Assembly: GCA_002104905.1 (NCBI GenBank)
Contig: MCFE01000325.1
Span: 30,733-94,732 of the forward strand
Reading direction: 5' to 3'
Length of the DNA stretch: 64,000 bases
Origin: Basidiobolus meristosporus CBS 931.73
Taxonomy: Eukaryota; Fungi; Basidiobolomycota
Positions 38,800 to 52,949 of this stretch are shown piece after piece (the stretch's first letter is position 1; each line of letters starts with the position of its first letter). Below the pieces are notes generated by a model. It had not been told where the DNA came from and made no database searches. It worked only from the letters and a program-made list of their open reading frames with translations. The translations under genes and the position numbers were made by a program.

Positions 38800-41700
38800 C
38801 GTTACAAGTCTTGATATAAGAGTTATAGAGGAATAGGTAGTTTAGCTAGTATTGTATTCACTAAAACTTGAACTGATCTTTATTGAGGTTCCAGTAGCTC
38901 CTTGTACACATTTTGCCAGATCAATTGCTGACTAATTGTATTTCCTAATTTAGGTTGTGTCCGATGACTCTTTTGATTATATCATCATTACCCAGTTAGA
39001 CCCTAACTGATACATCTATTACTGGACAATAAGGATTTGCTGATTCATCTGCTGACTAATACAGTTGATATGATAGATAACACAGATATACTGATATGCT
39101 AAGCATATCATTAGTTGATTTGACTAAAAACTGATCTAAATTTAACACTCAAACAGTAGATCATAGCATTTTCCCCCACTAAGGTTGAGAGGGTTCTCCT
39201 GAATCGCATTTCTTGTGATACCAATATCTTGATGGTTCAATATTTTCAGCAAGTTCTGCAAGCTTGAGTTTGTCTCTATTGACTAAGTCTTCCTGTATTA
39301 CCTGGCTTGTCCACTAGTTGGTAAGTTGCAAATGGACATTTTCTGTTGAACTTAGAAGTTATGCTCAGTGTAGCTCAAACTTCTTCCATGTGCTGTTTCT
39401 CTGCAATGCAAAGTTCCCAACTGTCTATGCCTCTGGTGATAGGTCTTATTCAGTATCTGTTTCATCTTTTGTGCACTTTGAGTTACTTTGGCCTGTGCCT
39501 CCTGACATCTTTTGTCCAGCTGCTGGTGTCTACCTGGCTGTCTGAGCTCTTCTTCTAAGGCATCTGTAAGATTTGGTGGTGTAATATCTCCTGGAATTGT
39601 TGCTTCAAATCCATACACTAAGTAAAGTGGCAATTGATGGGTGGTGCTGGGCACCTAAACTCTGCGGGCAAAAATGCTTGCAACTCCTTCTTATGCACTG
39701 GATAGTTTTGTCCTGTTGAGTTCAGCTTTGGGTACTCACAGCAACTGGGTGGTCCTTTCCCACATGTTCTTGGCTCAGTACTCCACCAAATGCATAGCCT
39801 GTAGCATCATTGCACAGAGTGAATTCTTTTCTGAAGTCTGGGATTCTTAAGCTTGGCAGCTTAGCAAGTTCATTGTTAAATGTCTGAAAGGCAGTAACAT
39901 AGGCTATGCCCCACTTCATGGGGTTTTCATTCTTAAGAATATCAGTTAAAGGGGCTGCAAAATTTGCAAAGGACTTGTCAAACCACTAATAATAGGAAAC
40001 CACACCAAGGAGTGCTCTGAGTTCTGATACGCTATGGGTTGCTTCTGCTTCATGATTACATCAACCTTCTTGGGGTCTAAGGTCACTTCTGTGCTAGTCA
40101 CTATGCATCCCAGGTATTCAACATGCTCCTTTGAGAATTCACATTTTGCTAGCTTGCTGTGCAGCTTGTTCTCTCTTAGCTTCTTCAAGATCTTTTCAAT
40201 GTGCACCAAGTGGTCCTCTTCTGTCTTGCTGTATGTCAATATGTCATCTAGGTAGATTACCACAAACTTGTCTAAGTAAACCTGGAAGACTTTTTGCATC
40301 AAGGTCATGAATGTTGCAGGGGCATTGGTGAGGCCAAAACTCATGACTAAGTACTTGTGCATATCTGGTCCTGAATGTTGTTTAAGGGATATCTTCTGGT
40401 TTGAAACTAATCTGGTTGTATCCTGACATAAGATCAATCTTGCTGAATTTGTTAGCTCCATTGAGTTGGTCCAAAAGCTCATCAATCCGAGGTTTTGGTA
40501 CTTCTTTTGCACAGTAACTGAGCTGAGGGCTCTGTAATCAATACACAACCTAAGTGCTCCATCCTTCTTTTTTGCAAAAGGTACTGGTACTCCCCAAGAT
40601 GACTTGCTGGGTCTGATATATCCTTGCTCAAATAGCTGATTTATTTGTCACTTCATTTCTTCCAACTCCAATGGACACATTCTGTAAGGGGTCTTACCCA
40701 CTGGAGGGCTCTCTCCTGTGTCAATTGCATGATTCACATTTTGACTGGTGGTAGGCTTACAGGTTCACCTGGAAATGTGTGTGAGTATTCCTTCAGAGGA
40801 GTCTGAATCTTCTGGGGTGCTGGAGTATAGGAATCTCCTTTAATAATGACATTGGGAACATCTAGGTACCTTTTCTAAGTGCTCTACAGAGCTGTGTCTT
40901 GCCAGCTTACTTGTTTCACACACAATGAAATTGAACAAGCTGAAATCCAGTCTAGCAGGTAATAGCTCATGGGTCTTGATGTCCTTCTGGATATGAATAG
41001 CATGGGTTCTCTAGTTGATTGATGGATTACGACAAACAGCCAGGTTTTTCCAAGTACAAAGTTAAACTTGTAGTACTCAAATATATAGGCCTGTAGATCA
41101 TCTTCATAGACATTGGTTGATATTCTTACTGGATGAGTAATACAGTTGACGGTGTGAGAGTTCCCATCTGCTGTTGAGCCTGAAGTGGATTTGGTGTGTT
41201 CTGAGTTGATTCCATCTTTCAAGGTAAATTGCTCTGACATGTAGGCATTCAATGCCCCTGAGTCTATCATGATTTGGCAGGTACTCCATAGGTTACTTCA
41301 TTCCAGTATACTAGCTTTCCTGAGTTCAAGGTCACTTGTAATAGGTATTCTTCTATCATATGGAAGGAGAGTTCTGAGTCTTCTTCAAGTACATCCTCCT
41401 TGTTACTATGCTCAAGGGCTTCAATATGGCTGAAGGTTCTTGATGACTGGTGTCCATTCCTTCTCTGAGGGTAGTACTTTGCAATATGTCCTTGCTAGTG
41501 GTAAATAAAGCAAAGTCCTTTCTTCTTGCATTCTGCTGAGGTGGGATTCTTCTGCATAGTGTCTACTTTAATTGACACAGCTTCTGATTGTCTTCTTTGA
41601 TAGTGACTGTAGCCTCTTGGATTAGTCACTGTGGGCTTCCCAACTCCAAACATAGCCAAGTTGTAGTCAATGGCAATCTTGTTGGCTTCTTTAATGGCCT

Positions 41701-42415
41701 CAGGTGTTCAAAACTCACTTCCTTGCAGGTTCTTTCTTTCAACTCATCAATAAAGTATTCCACTTGATCCACTGGGCCCATTTTTTCAGCTTATCCATGT
41801 GACATCTATATTTATAGATATACTCTTGAACCTTTCCTTTCTGTCTGAGTGTCTTCAGCTTCCTTCTTGGTATTGACTGCTGGTGTGGGGGCTGAGAAGT
41901 ATCCCAAATTTCTGACACAAACTCATCCCAGGCAGATATTTAGAGCATCCCATCATGGTGGTTGACCTGATCTTGTTGTGGTACTTCTGTAAAGCTGCAT
42001 CTGCAAAGTAAGAGGCTGCATAATGCAACTTGTTTTCTGGAACAATTCCCTTTGCCTTAAAAGCTTCTTCAATCTGAAAGAGCCATGCTCCAAGGTTTTC
42101 ATTGACTCTACCATGGTACCAGTTAATCTTCAAACTAAAATTGCTCTTGACAGGGATTTGCTGGTTCTTGGTCATAGTAGTCACTCCATGTTGCTGCTGA
42201 CTAAGGATCTGGTGCAGCAGCAGCTGCTGGTCCAGGATTTGCTGTATAGCATTCTTCCATTGTTTATTTTCTGTTATCTTGAGGGAAGCATTTTTCTTTT
42301 TCAAGGGTGAGATCTCTGGTTATTGCTGCTACCAATGTTCCTAGTCTTGATATCAGAGTTCTAAAAGAATAGGGAGTTTAGCTAGTATTACATTCACTAA
42401 AATGTGAGCTGATTT
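38800..42415 (-). mobile_element. Degenerate Ty3/gypsy element E: truncated 5' LTR from 42336, PBS TGGTAGCAGC, gag, protease (IDSGA), RT (YLDDIL), RNase H, integrase core deleted, PPT, 3' LTR 38800-39168
   Basis: ORFs 41855..42304, 40884..41270, 39946..40548, 39722..39919, 39352..39654. The LTR ends match each other (GTCTTGATAT.AGAGTT...GTTTAGCTAGTATT). Confidence 0.88.
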
Positions 42416-42419
42416 GCAA

Positions 42420-43360
42420 TTGACAGTCATAACATCACCACCACCTGTATTAGCAAGTATGCAGGCAGCTTATACCAAAGAATCAATGAGGCAGCTAGGT
42501 GCAGTGGCTGTTAGCACAGATGCAATGGCCCAGAGAAATCAGCAAATAGCCTAGAAACTGGATGAGTGGATAAAATGTTCAGAGCAATGAATATCTGGTA
42601 GAAGTACAGTATCTTTGCTGCAAAGCAGGCACTCAAGTAGCTCTGTGTCACAACTAAGAGTTGAGCCATTTGCCAGTGTAAAAGCTGAGGTACACCATAC
42701 AGTCTCTGAAGCACAACAACAGTGCCCAAAGATAAAGCCAACAGAAAATATATCACGACATGGGTGGGAGAGACTGTGGTGTTAATACCCAAACCTAAAA
42801 ATCAAACAACTTGGAAGATCTGTGAAGATGTTGTGTCCAATGATGAAGCATGGGTTAATATCAAAGAAGCTGTTAGCAGTCTAGCACAGCATTACCTTAA
42901 GGCCAGCATATCATGGGACCATCATGAACTCAAGATCAAGCAGAATGTGCTTGACTTGTCACTTGTGCATTATCCTGGATTCAAGCAAGCAAATATATTT
43001 TGGGCCAGCATTTAAATGCTGAGAAAGTGTCTCAAGGTTAGCAGAAACTATCAAATGTAGAAGAGTAAGGGTGCCATAACCAAAAACCAGTAGCTTCCTC
43101 ACAAGCATGGCTAAAAGCTCCAGACAAGCAGCAAAGAACCATCAGGTAGCCAGAAGATCAGCAGTTTGGGACAGGCAGGCAGAAACAGATGCATCAGTGC
43201 AGCATTTATCAAGGAGAAATGTAGTTCAATATAAGAAGTACTCAGTCATAGTAGCAGTGAAGGACTTTACAATGATAAGCACATGAGGCTATCTTAGGAG
43301 CCTGTCACAACCAGGACTGGAAGTTCTAAACATATGCCAAAGCCATGTCAGGTTGCCAGA
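42420..43360 (+). pseudogene. ORF2 remnant of the CACTA-like element
   Basis: Homologous to 7890-8950 (minus) and 58100-59040 (plus). ORF 42722..43015 shares a frame with these. Confidence 0.65.
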
Positions 43361-46300
43361 AGAGTGCTGGTAAGGGAAATGTTGTGTTGTATTATGATTA
43401 GTTTGGGGCTTGTTCTACAATGTAGAGGCTAATCAACAATATACAACAACTTCCATTATGCTAATACCAAAATAGTTTATTAGGAGTTTGATATATCAAT
43501 AGAAGATGTAACTTTCACTAATATCCTCAATTCTAGGCTCAAATATACTATAGGCAGTGTTTCTCACTTCTACAGCAGTGTTCTGTCTTTCTGTTGACTG
43601 ATGGGCTTATTTACTTTTATTGTAACTTTTCCATTTCTGGAAGTCACTTCCTTTGTAAGAAAGTATTTCCCCATATGGAAATGCAGGACTCCCCTTAAAC
43701 CTAAAGGGGTGTGTAGTAGAAGTCTCTAAAGGGGACTTTAGACCTAATGGGGTGTCTAAAAGGGTGTCTTTAGAGTACAGGGGCTTCTTAGAGGGGACTT
43801 TTCCAACAGAAAAGTGGTAGTCTCTTGTACAACTTAGATTAAATTCTTGGGAGCTTTGCAGTCTCTTTACTGATGTAGTACCAATCAAAGTCAGAATACT
43901 CAACAGTGCAAGTGATGCAGGGGAAGTCCTAAAACCTTTGAACTTGTAATTGTAGTGTGGAGATTCTGGAAAGAAAGGCTCTCCTTTACTTTTTAGCTGG
44001 GGAAGTCACATATATGAAATTTCTGAAGGATCAGAGTTATTAGGCAATTACGCAAGTAATACACAGATACAAAGCTAAAATTCAGCAGTAGCACAGATTG
44101 GACACATGCACAGCATGTGTAAGAATATTACGTGATTTGATTGCCTGGTTCAGAAGTTACCTGCAATCAAAGTCACCATAGTAATCCTAGCAATAGAGAC
44201 CTAGTATGTATAATAATTGGGCTCTCTTGGTCATAACTCCATAAGTACTGCTTCAAATGAGCTGCAATTTAAACATGTGTTGGCTACTGTGTGCTCCGTG
44301 TAGCATAATATTCTTGGGTGGATTGCTTGTCAGGGTCTGGAGTATTTGTTCTTTTGAGTTGTAAGTTCTTGATCTTTCACCTATGTGCACAATAGCAAAA
44401 AGCAAAATAAAGAAATGAGTGCAATATTGGTTTTGAGATATTGTATTAATTGAATACCTGCCATTACCACAGAAAAGCAGGCAAATATGGATGCATTAGT
44501 GCAGCATTCATCAAGGAGAAAATAGGGTATTCTACATGAAGTACTCAGTCAAAGTAGCAGTGAAAGACTTGGCAGTGATAGAGGTAGAGGTAAATAGAAA
44601 AAGGTCTACCCAAGCCAAAGACAGGGAAGTGTCAGTTACTTGTTGAGTGTGGGGTTGGGCTTAATGTTAGTGCTGGGTATAGGGACTTGTATAGGTCAAT
44701 ACTACTGGCAATTGAGGTACAACTAAAGTTACAATGGAAATTAATCTATTCATATGAGTGGAAAGTAAGAGAAATAGTTCAATCAGGAAGTAAGGGGTGT
44801 GAAAAAGAAGTAATAGCCTGATACCTCTTGGTCACTGGGCTTTAGTTTTGTCATGACCTTTTGACAGGATCATCACAGTTATTTCTTATTGGGAATTTGC
44901 ACCATAAGATTGTGTAGGGGTCTATGATTCCAAGTAGTCATCATTATTGTAGTCTCACTGTAGGATCCTGATAGCTGATCTGGACTGTATTTGTTGAGGA
45001 GTCACTATCCCATTATTCTTTGCCCAAATTATCAGTATTACTTCTACATGTTGTTTACCCTGAGTAGTGGATCTGTGCTGTTGTACTGTGCCAGGGTGCA
45101 TGGTGCAACCTGCAGTTGAAAGAACAACTAGGTTAGGGATTTTAGCTACTAGTGGGCAGGATAACTCTTGAATATTTTTGCACCATGTAGTACAATCCTG
45201 CACACTTTGTCACAACCTGACACAATGGTGTTGGCACAAATGATTGTGCCAACTTGTAATGTTTGCATCATGTGTGCAACTGGATACCATTATTGTGGTA
45301 GGTAAAGTTCAGTATTTGGATGCTTTTCTTCAATGTAAATGGAAATAAATATGTATCACACTATAAACTACATTGATACTTAACATTTTGGCTACCATCA
45401 CTCCAATTAGATGGTATGTCAATGGCTAATTGGCCTAGAAATATCCAGAAGCTGTTAGCCCCCAATTGGCTCATTGACCAACTCAAAAGTTACCTGATTT
45501 GCCATCAAATATCCCATTTTGCTCATTGAGCAAGTACCTCACCAGTTCTAGTGATTGGACAAGGTGTCATAGCAAGCATGCAACCAATTGTGTAGGTGCA
45601 TATCAAAACAAATAGCTACACTGGTACTACAAATGATGTATATGTATCCAGGGAATTAATAATAGTGGCTTTGTCTCAACTATGAGACAACCTTGATATT
45701 ACTGATAACAAAAGCTTAGTGATCACTGATTTGTAATGGCTTGATTTAGGTTGCAGAAAAAGTGTTATTCGGATCATGACAAACAGTAACGGCTCAATGC
45801 AGTTGCATCATCTTCTCCCAGGTTTTTTTCTCACTGGGACTACTACTGAAGCATTTGGTAGTAATTCACTTGGCACACCTGAACTACTCCCTTGTTGACT
45901 ATCATCTTGGCTACTTATGTACCTGTAGTCAGTATTTTGCCTCCTAGCTGATGAGTGCAATGCTGGATCTTGGCCATGCTGAGTTGCTCCAGATGATATA
46001 ACAAAACCAGCCTGAAGTGCCACATGTTGATGCAACTCAGCCCACTCCAATGGACTTGTGTCTAAGAGAGCAGTTTAAGGAGTTCTGGGAGTTATGCTCA
46101 GAAGAGCACATGTTGATCTAACGCATGTTGACTTGATGCAGGGCACTCTTGTGAGGGATATTTGCATATATTGGACTTATATGCACCAGCACACTGATGT
46201 AGCAGGAGATAGTAGGGAATGTAGCAAGGTTTGCTGGTGCAATCTAGATGCAGTTGCTTTTCATTTTCAAGGTATTCACTTATCATCAGTCTGATATTTT

Positions 46301-46397
46301 TGAGCTGTTGCCTTCATAAGTCCTATGTGTTTTGCTCTTGAAAGCCACTTGGCTCTTCTAATATATCATGCGGTGGTAGGGTCATGATAACACTTAC

Positions 46398-49300
46398 TGA
46401 CAGATGTGCTCATTCCTATATTTTCTACTTTCTTATTCTTCTACTATCCTTATTTCAGTTTTATCCCATTTGACTTATTTTAATCAGTACCATCCCATAA
46501 GCAGGCTAACTATCATACCTTGCATAAGTTGTCCCTAGCTTTATGTAAGATTACTTGATGTAAGTGCTTTTATATTAGGGAAGTACCCACCTCAGTGCCT
46601 GTGACACATACAAAGTCATGTCACCATCCCTACCATGTTCATCCCAGATATAGTAGTCCAATGTTATTCAGGTCTCAGAATACTGAATCCAGATTGCTTG
46701 GATGTGCGGTGCCTCTTAGAACCTTATGATCCCTGCTAAGAACATTCTTAGCGCATTCTAATGTGTTTAAGATTTTTATAGATATTTGAAACCTTCTGGA
46801 ACACCATGACTAGTACTCACTAAGCCAGTGAGAAAAGTACATAAGGGAGGCAATCCCTCAACATAAATCATTATCCCTTTTTATCAATATACCAACTTGT
46901 TGATTAGTGTGATACTACTATCTACTTTTACCTGAGCTTCTTATCCTAAACAACAGGACACTCCTAGGAAATTATGCTAACAGTCAACTGAATGTGGAAA
47001 CATTGCTTGTGAGGAATATGTTGAAATATTGGACTATTTGGTATCATTCAGCAGCTAAAAATTTACTTAACAATTCTAGGCTAGTCTTAGTCACTGTAGG
47101 ACTCATTTACTGCCTTAACTTCGCCACTTTCTCCAGATATATGATCTTATGATTATTCCCCTATAGTCAGGATCAAATTAGCACTATTACCAAACATTAT
47201 GTACTAACCCTGAAACTGTTACAGAATGCTCCTGAATATTGAGAAACCCTCCCTACTTAGTGTTGCAGCTGTATTACTTCTACAAAGGTATAAATACTGA
47301 GCTTCTTTATGAATAAACAACAGTTCAACTATTATCACTATTTCTTGATAAGTTCCTTATATCCAAATTACTTCTTAAATTGCAACAGGTTATGAGCCCC
47401 GATTGCCTTAATCTATTCTAAAGATGACTTCTACCAGCAAACAAAGCAATACCAACATCTTCCCTGTAAAGGAGAGGTTTGATGGGAAGAACTACAGACT
47501 TTGGAGAATCAAGATGCAGATCCACCTTGAGGAAAGAAAGCTTTGGAACATAGTAACAGGAAAGGAAGTTGAGCCCAAAGGAACAGCAGAAGATGTGGAG
47601 AAGTTTCAAGAGAAGGAGAGAAAGGCCTTCAATGCAATATGCATCAATGTGCAAGACTCCTTCATTGGACAAATCCATGCCTCAAATACTGCCAAAGCAG
47701 CATGGGAATCCTTAGAGAAGATCTTTAGAGCAAAGTCAGTATCAAGCAAGCTTTATTTGAAACAAAAGTTTTTCAACATGAGAAAAATGCCAGATGATGA
47801 CATGCTACAACTCATTACCAGAATGGAGACACTTGCAGAAGAACTTTACAGTATTAATGCTGGTGTAGATGATGAAGAAAAGATACTCCGTCTGCTTTGC
47901 AGCCTACCAGACAAGTATGAGCCACTCATACTTTCTTTTGAAAGCAGAGAAGACAACTTGACTTTAGACTATGTCAAAGGAAGACTTCTCCATGAAGAAC
48001 TCAGACGTAATGATCAAGCAGAGAAAATTGAAGATAATGCTTTATTCAGCTCAGGAAGGCATACAGAAAAGAAGGGAAAGCAACAAAACCGAAGAAAACC
48101 TGGCTGCTGTAACTACTGTAAGAAGCCAGGACACTGGGCAAGAGAATGCAAGAAGAAACAAGCAGACAAAAAACAGAAACTAGAGCAGGCAAACCATATA
48201 ACTACTGATGAACAGCTATTTGTCACTGTACAAGAGAGTGCAAGTAACCGAAGTAATGAATGGTATATTGACTCTGGAGCATCACAGCATATTTGTGGTA
48301 TAAAGGATTGGTTCAGCAACTTAATGACTATTCCCGTAAGAAAGGTTTATCTAGGAGATAACTCTGCATTGGAAGCTACCGCCAGTGGGTCCATACAACT
48401 AAATATGAGTGATAACTCAGGGGCAACAACAGCAAAACTGACTGACGTACTCTATGTACCTGGAATAGTTAAGAACCTACTCTAAGTCAGTAAAGCAACT
48501 ACTCAGGGACTGAAATTTGCTTTTACTAAGCTGAGCTGCTCAATATTGAGTGAAAATGGACAAAAATTAGCTTCGGGAATCAGAGATCACAATATATACA
48601 AGTTACAATGCAAGATCATTGTACCTGAGTATGTAACATTGCTGAAACTGATGAAACCAACTGGGAGACGTGGCATAGGAGGCTAGGACACATAGGGGAA
48701 CAGAAAATGAGCCAATTGGTGAAAAATCAGCTTGTTTTGGGCCTAAAATACTCAATTCTGATCAAATTGAATGTTTGTAAGGGATGTTCATAGGGCAAAC
48801 AAGCTAGGCAACGTTTCAAGAGCCCAGAAGGCATCAATACCACCGAAATATTGGCTATTGTACACTCAGACATATGTGGCCCCATGAGAACACTGTCCTT
48901 TGGAGCCAAGAGATACTTTATGACGTTTATTGATGACAAGACAAGATATACATGGGTGTACTTCCTCAAAACAAAGGATGAAGCTTTAGAGACGTTTAAG
49001 CACTTCAAGAACATGGCAGAAACACAAACTGGGTGTAAATTGAAGGTACTACGAAGTGACAATGGAGGAGAATACTGCTCAAAGGAGTTTGCAAAATACT
49101 GCTTGTCTACTGGTATACTTCAACAGACCACAGTTCCTCATACTCCACAGCAAAATGGAGTAGCAGAACGTGCAAACAGAACAATAGTAGAGATGGGAAG
49201 ATCTATGCTACATGATAAGGGAATGGACTACAAGTTTTGGGCTGAATCTGTTGCTACCGCTGTATACATCAAGAACAGATGCCCAACAACAGCACTACGT

Positions 49301-52120
49301 GATTCTACACCCTTTGAAGCATATACAGGCAAAAAACCAGATCTCCAGCACCTCAGGATCTTTGGCAGTGATGTTTTTTATCACATCCCTGACAAAAAAC
49401 GCTCAAAGTTGGAACCAAAGAGTAGAAAAGGGATCTTTCTTGGGTATTGTGAAGATACTGAAGGGTATAGAGTGTATGATGGCGAAATTCAGAAGCTGAT
49501 CAAGAGCAGGGACGTTGTATTTGAGGAAAATTCAGATCAGAAAGCCACAGAAATCATTGGCCAGCTGCCTGATGATGCAATCAACACAAATGAAGAAGAT
49601 ACGTACCAAATCCAGCCAGAGATGGAAGATACTTCTACCAGTTCCAGATCAGAACAGATTATCCCAGTTAGGAGATCTACCAGAATAAGAAATGCCCCTG
49701 GATCCTGGTGGCAGACATCCAATGATCATGAAGAAGCTTATCTTGCCTTATGTGCCAAACCTCAGAATCTGGAACAGGCAATGCAAGGTCCAGAGGCTAC
49801 TAAGTGGCAACAAGCCATGCAGGAGGAGTACCAATCACTGATCAAGGCAAAAACGTGGGAACTGGTAGATTTACGAAATGGGAGAAAGCCAATAGGATGT
49901 AGATGGGTCTACAAGATCAAGATAACATCAAATGGTGCCGTTGATAAGTACAAGGCTAGATTGGTAGCTAAAGGCTATTCCCAGATCCAGGGACTAGACT
50001 TTAAGGAAACATTTGCTCCGGTTGCCAAGTTTAACTCTATTAGGACAGTTCTAGCCCTGGCAGCTGTACACAGTCTAGATCTACACCAAATGGACGTCAA
50101 AACAGCCTTTCTAAATGGGGATTTGCAAGAAACTATATATATGGAGCAACCAGAAGGTTTTACCGATCCAAAAAGCCCCTATAAGGTGTGCAAACTTAGA
50201 AAATTGTTGTATGGGCTTAAGCAGGCACCCAGAGCATGGTATAACAAGATTGACACATATCTAGAAGAAATTGGGTTCTCTTGTAGCACTGCAGATCACA
50301 GTATATATGTGAAAAAGCTCAAAAAGGGTGTGATCATCCTAGTTCTTTATGTGGACGACCTAATTATAGCTACAAGTGATCAAGAGGCACTTAAACAGAC
50401 GAAATCAGATCTCTTCAGCAAGTTTGAGATGAAAGATCTTGGAAAATTGAGCTATTTTCTTGGAATTGAGGTCAAATTTGACATACCTACGCAGAAAATT
50501 GTGCTGAATCAGTCTAAGTACATCAGGGACATTCTTAGACGCTTCAAAATGGAAAATTGCAAGCCTGCAGCAACCCCTATGGACAATAACCTGAAATTAA
50601 GCAAATCTCAGCCAGTTATAGATGAAAACGGCTCAAATATGGACCAAAACTTTCCCTATCAATCAATGGTTGGTAGCCTAATGTACTTGATGGTGTCTAC
50701 ACGTCCAGATATTGCAGTAGCAGTTGGAATAGTCAGTCAATTCATGCAGAATTATGGATCAGATCAAATTGCAGCAGTTAAGCGGATTTTCAGATATCTA
50801 CAAGGTACCATAAATATGGTACTGGAATACTCTGGAGCAGCAAATAGGCGAAAATTTGATGGTTATAGTGATTCAGATTGGGGTAGGGATTTGATTGACA
50901 GACGCTCTACCACAGGCTATGTATTTCTTTATGCTGGTGCAGCTATTACTTGGAATTGCAAGAAACAACCAACTGTGGCACTATCTACAACTGAAGCCGA
51001 ATATATGGCTGCATGTCAAGCAACTAAGGAGGCTATATGGCTACGAAAATTATTCAAAGACTTAGGTTTTAATTCAGGTGAACCAACATGTATTTACAAG
51101 GATAATCAAAGTTGTATTTCATTAGCTAGAAATCCTACTAATCATGCCAGAACTAAGCACATTGATATACAGCATCACTTTGTGAGGGAAGCTGTAGAAA
51201 ATAACTTAGTGGAGCTGGTTTACTGCCCAACTGACAAAATGGTGGCAGACATATTGACAAAGCCACTAGCTAGGCCACAGTTTGAGATCCTTAGAGAGAA
51301 ATTGGGATTAAGAAATTATTTAGTTGAGGGGGAGTGTTGAAATATTGGACTATTTGGTATCATTCAGCAGCTAAAAATTTACTTAACAATTCTAGGCTAG
51401 TCTTAGTCACTGTAGGACTCATTTACTGCCTTAACTTTGCCACTTTCTCCAGATATATGATCTTATGATTATTCCCCTATAGTCAGGATCAAGTTAGCAC
51501 TATTACCAAACATTATGTACTAACCCTGAAACTGTTACAGAATGCTCCTGAATATTGAGAAACCCTCCCTACTTAGTGTTGCAGCTGTATTACTTCTACA
51601 AAGGTATAAATACTGAGCTTCTTTATGAATACACAACAGTTCAACTATTATCACTATTTCTTGATAAGTTCCTTATATCCAAATCACTTCTTAAATTGCA
51701 ACAGAATACTCAGAGTAGGTATCTTTTATTATATTTAACTTTTTCCCAAGTTTGATCCTGTACAGGCAAAGATACTTTTCTGTCTTTGTATCTATTAATC
51801 ACAGCTGCATTCTTATCAAGCCCCTGCTGGTGGAGTTTATAGTTGTCTTGACTTTTGAAGCTTTAGTATATTGTTGTCTCATTGGATGCTGAACCCTGCA
51901 TATACTTTTGTAAAGACATCAATTAAGTTGAGGATTGTAGCTCAATAGTTTTCCCTTGACAAGCTTTTGGCTTTACTACCCTTCACCTCAGAGTAGAGAC
52001 AAAACCAAAGTATTCCTAGCAAGCTTTTGCCAGAGGTTATTGCTCCTGGTGAGCACTCAACACACAAAACACTTGAGAAGTGTTGGACAAATTTCTCCCT
52101 TCAAATTATACACCATCATA
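46398..52120 (+). repeat. Solo LTR of gypsy family G (~1.04 kb net), split by copia C (46398-47018 and 51704-52120)
   Basis: Colinear with 61796-62839 once 47019-51703 plus one GAATA is removed. No TSD recognised. Confidence 0.8.
47019..51703 (+). mobile_element. Near-intact Ty1/copia retrotransposon C (4685 bp): LTRs 47019-47387 and 51335-51703, PBS GGTTATGAGCCC, gag-pol, PPT GAGGGGGAG, TSD GAATA
   Basis: GAATA on both sides. The 369-bp LTRs differ at 4 positions. ORFs 47424..48485 (gag, zinc knuckle, protease DSGA) and 48851..51340 (IN, RT, RH); three lesions between 48483 and 48793. Confidence 0.97.
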
Positions 52121-52949
52121 ACATAGTCATTAGTTATTTGAGGCAAAAACTCATTCAAATTCACTTTGGTTTCCAAAATAGAGGCAACAACCAACATATC
52201 CAGCCTGTGCTATACAAATTGAGCATGGAATTGTTTGTGTGTGGCCTCCCCACAAAATCCCCTCACTCACAGCTCATTTGTGATTAAAATACTTGTCTTG
52301 TTATATATCTGCTTGCATGCATCTGCAGGCATCTTGATTTAGAACTCTTGGCACAGCTTTTTACTCAGATCATCCATCTCTGTCAACTCTGTGAGGTATC
52401 CAGCACTGCTAGATTAATGAGTAGAGAACAAATATCTGAATGAAGGCTCATTGTAGAAACTTGGGCTGTACTAAATTCAATTGGTATGAACTTGAATGGA
52501 TCTAACATCAAATTTTATGGTCTAGACTGTGCTTGAGAGCTGGGGGATGGATGTTGTCTGGGCTGTACTAAAGATGCGCTGTGACTTGGTATGCAGACCA
52601 TAGTGATGGATTTAGATACTTCCACAGTAGCATATTAGCATAAACCTGGTCTTATATGAAATGAATATAAAACTAATGTGAATGTTGAATTTTCCATATA
52701 TAAGGCATAATGTATCTCAGACTGCATTAACACCAATCCAGTCATATCAGTTGCAGATTTCCTATTTGATTATAGACTTGTGTGTAAATCATCAATAAAG
52801 CCACCAAGTCATTGTCTGAGGATGATTCTTGCACCACAATGAGAGGATACATTGCAATTGATGGAGATTGAATCATAATGCATGGAAAATTAGATAAGTT
52901 AAGATAATTGCACCAAACTGATTCATATCACCTCTACCCAATCCCATAC

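Noticed and set aside
48483-48485. Programmed stop-codon readthrough between gag and pol in copia C
   Set aside because: The sister copy has TCA (Ser) at this codon in the conserved LLSVS motif, and further lesions follow, so it is a mutation or an error.
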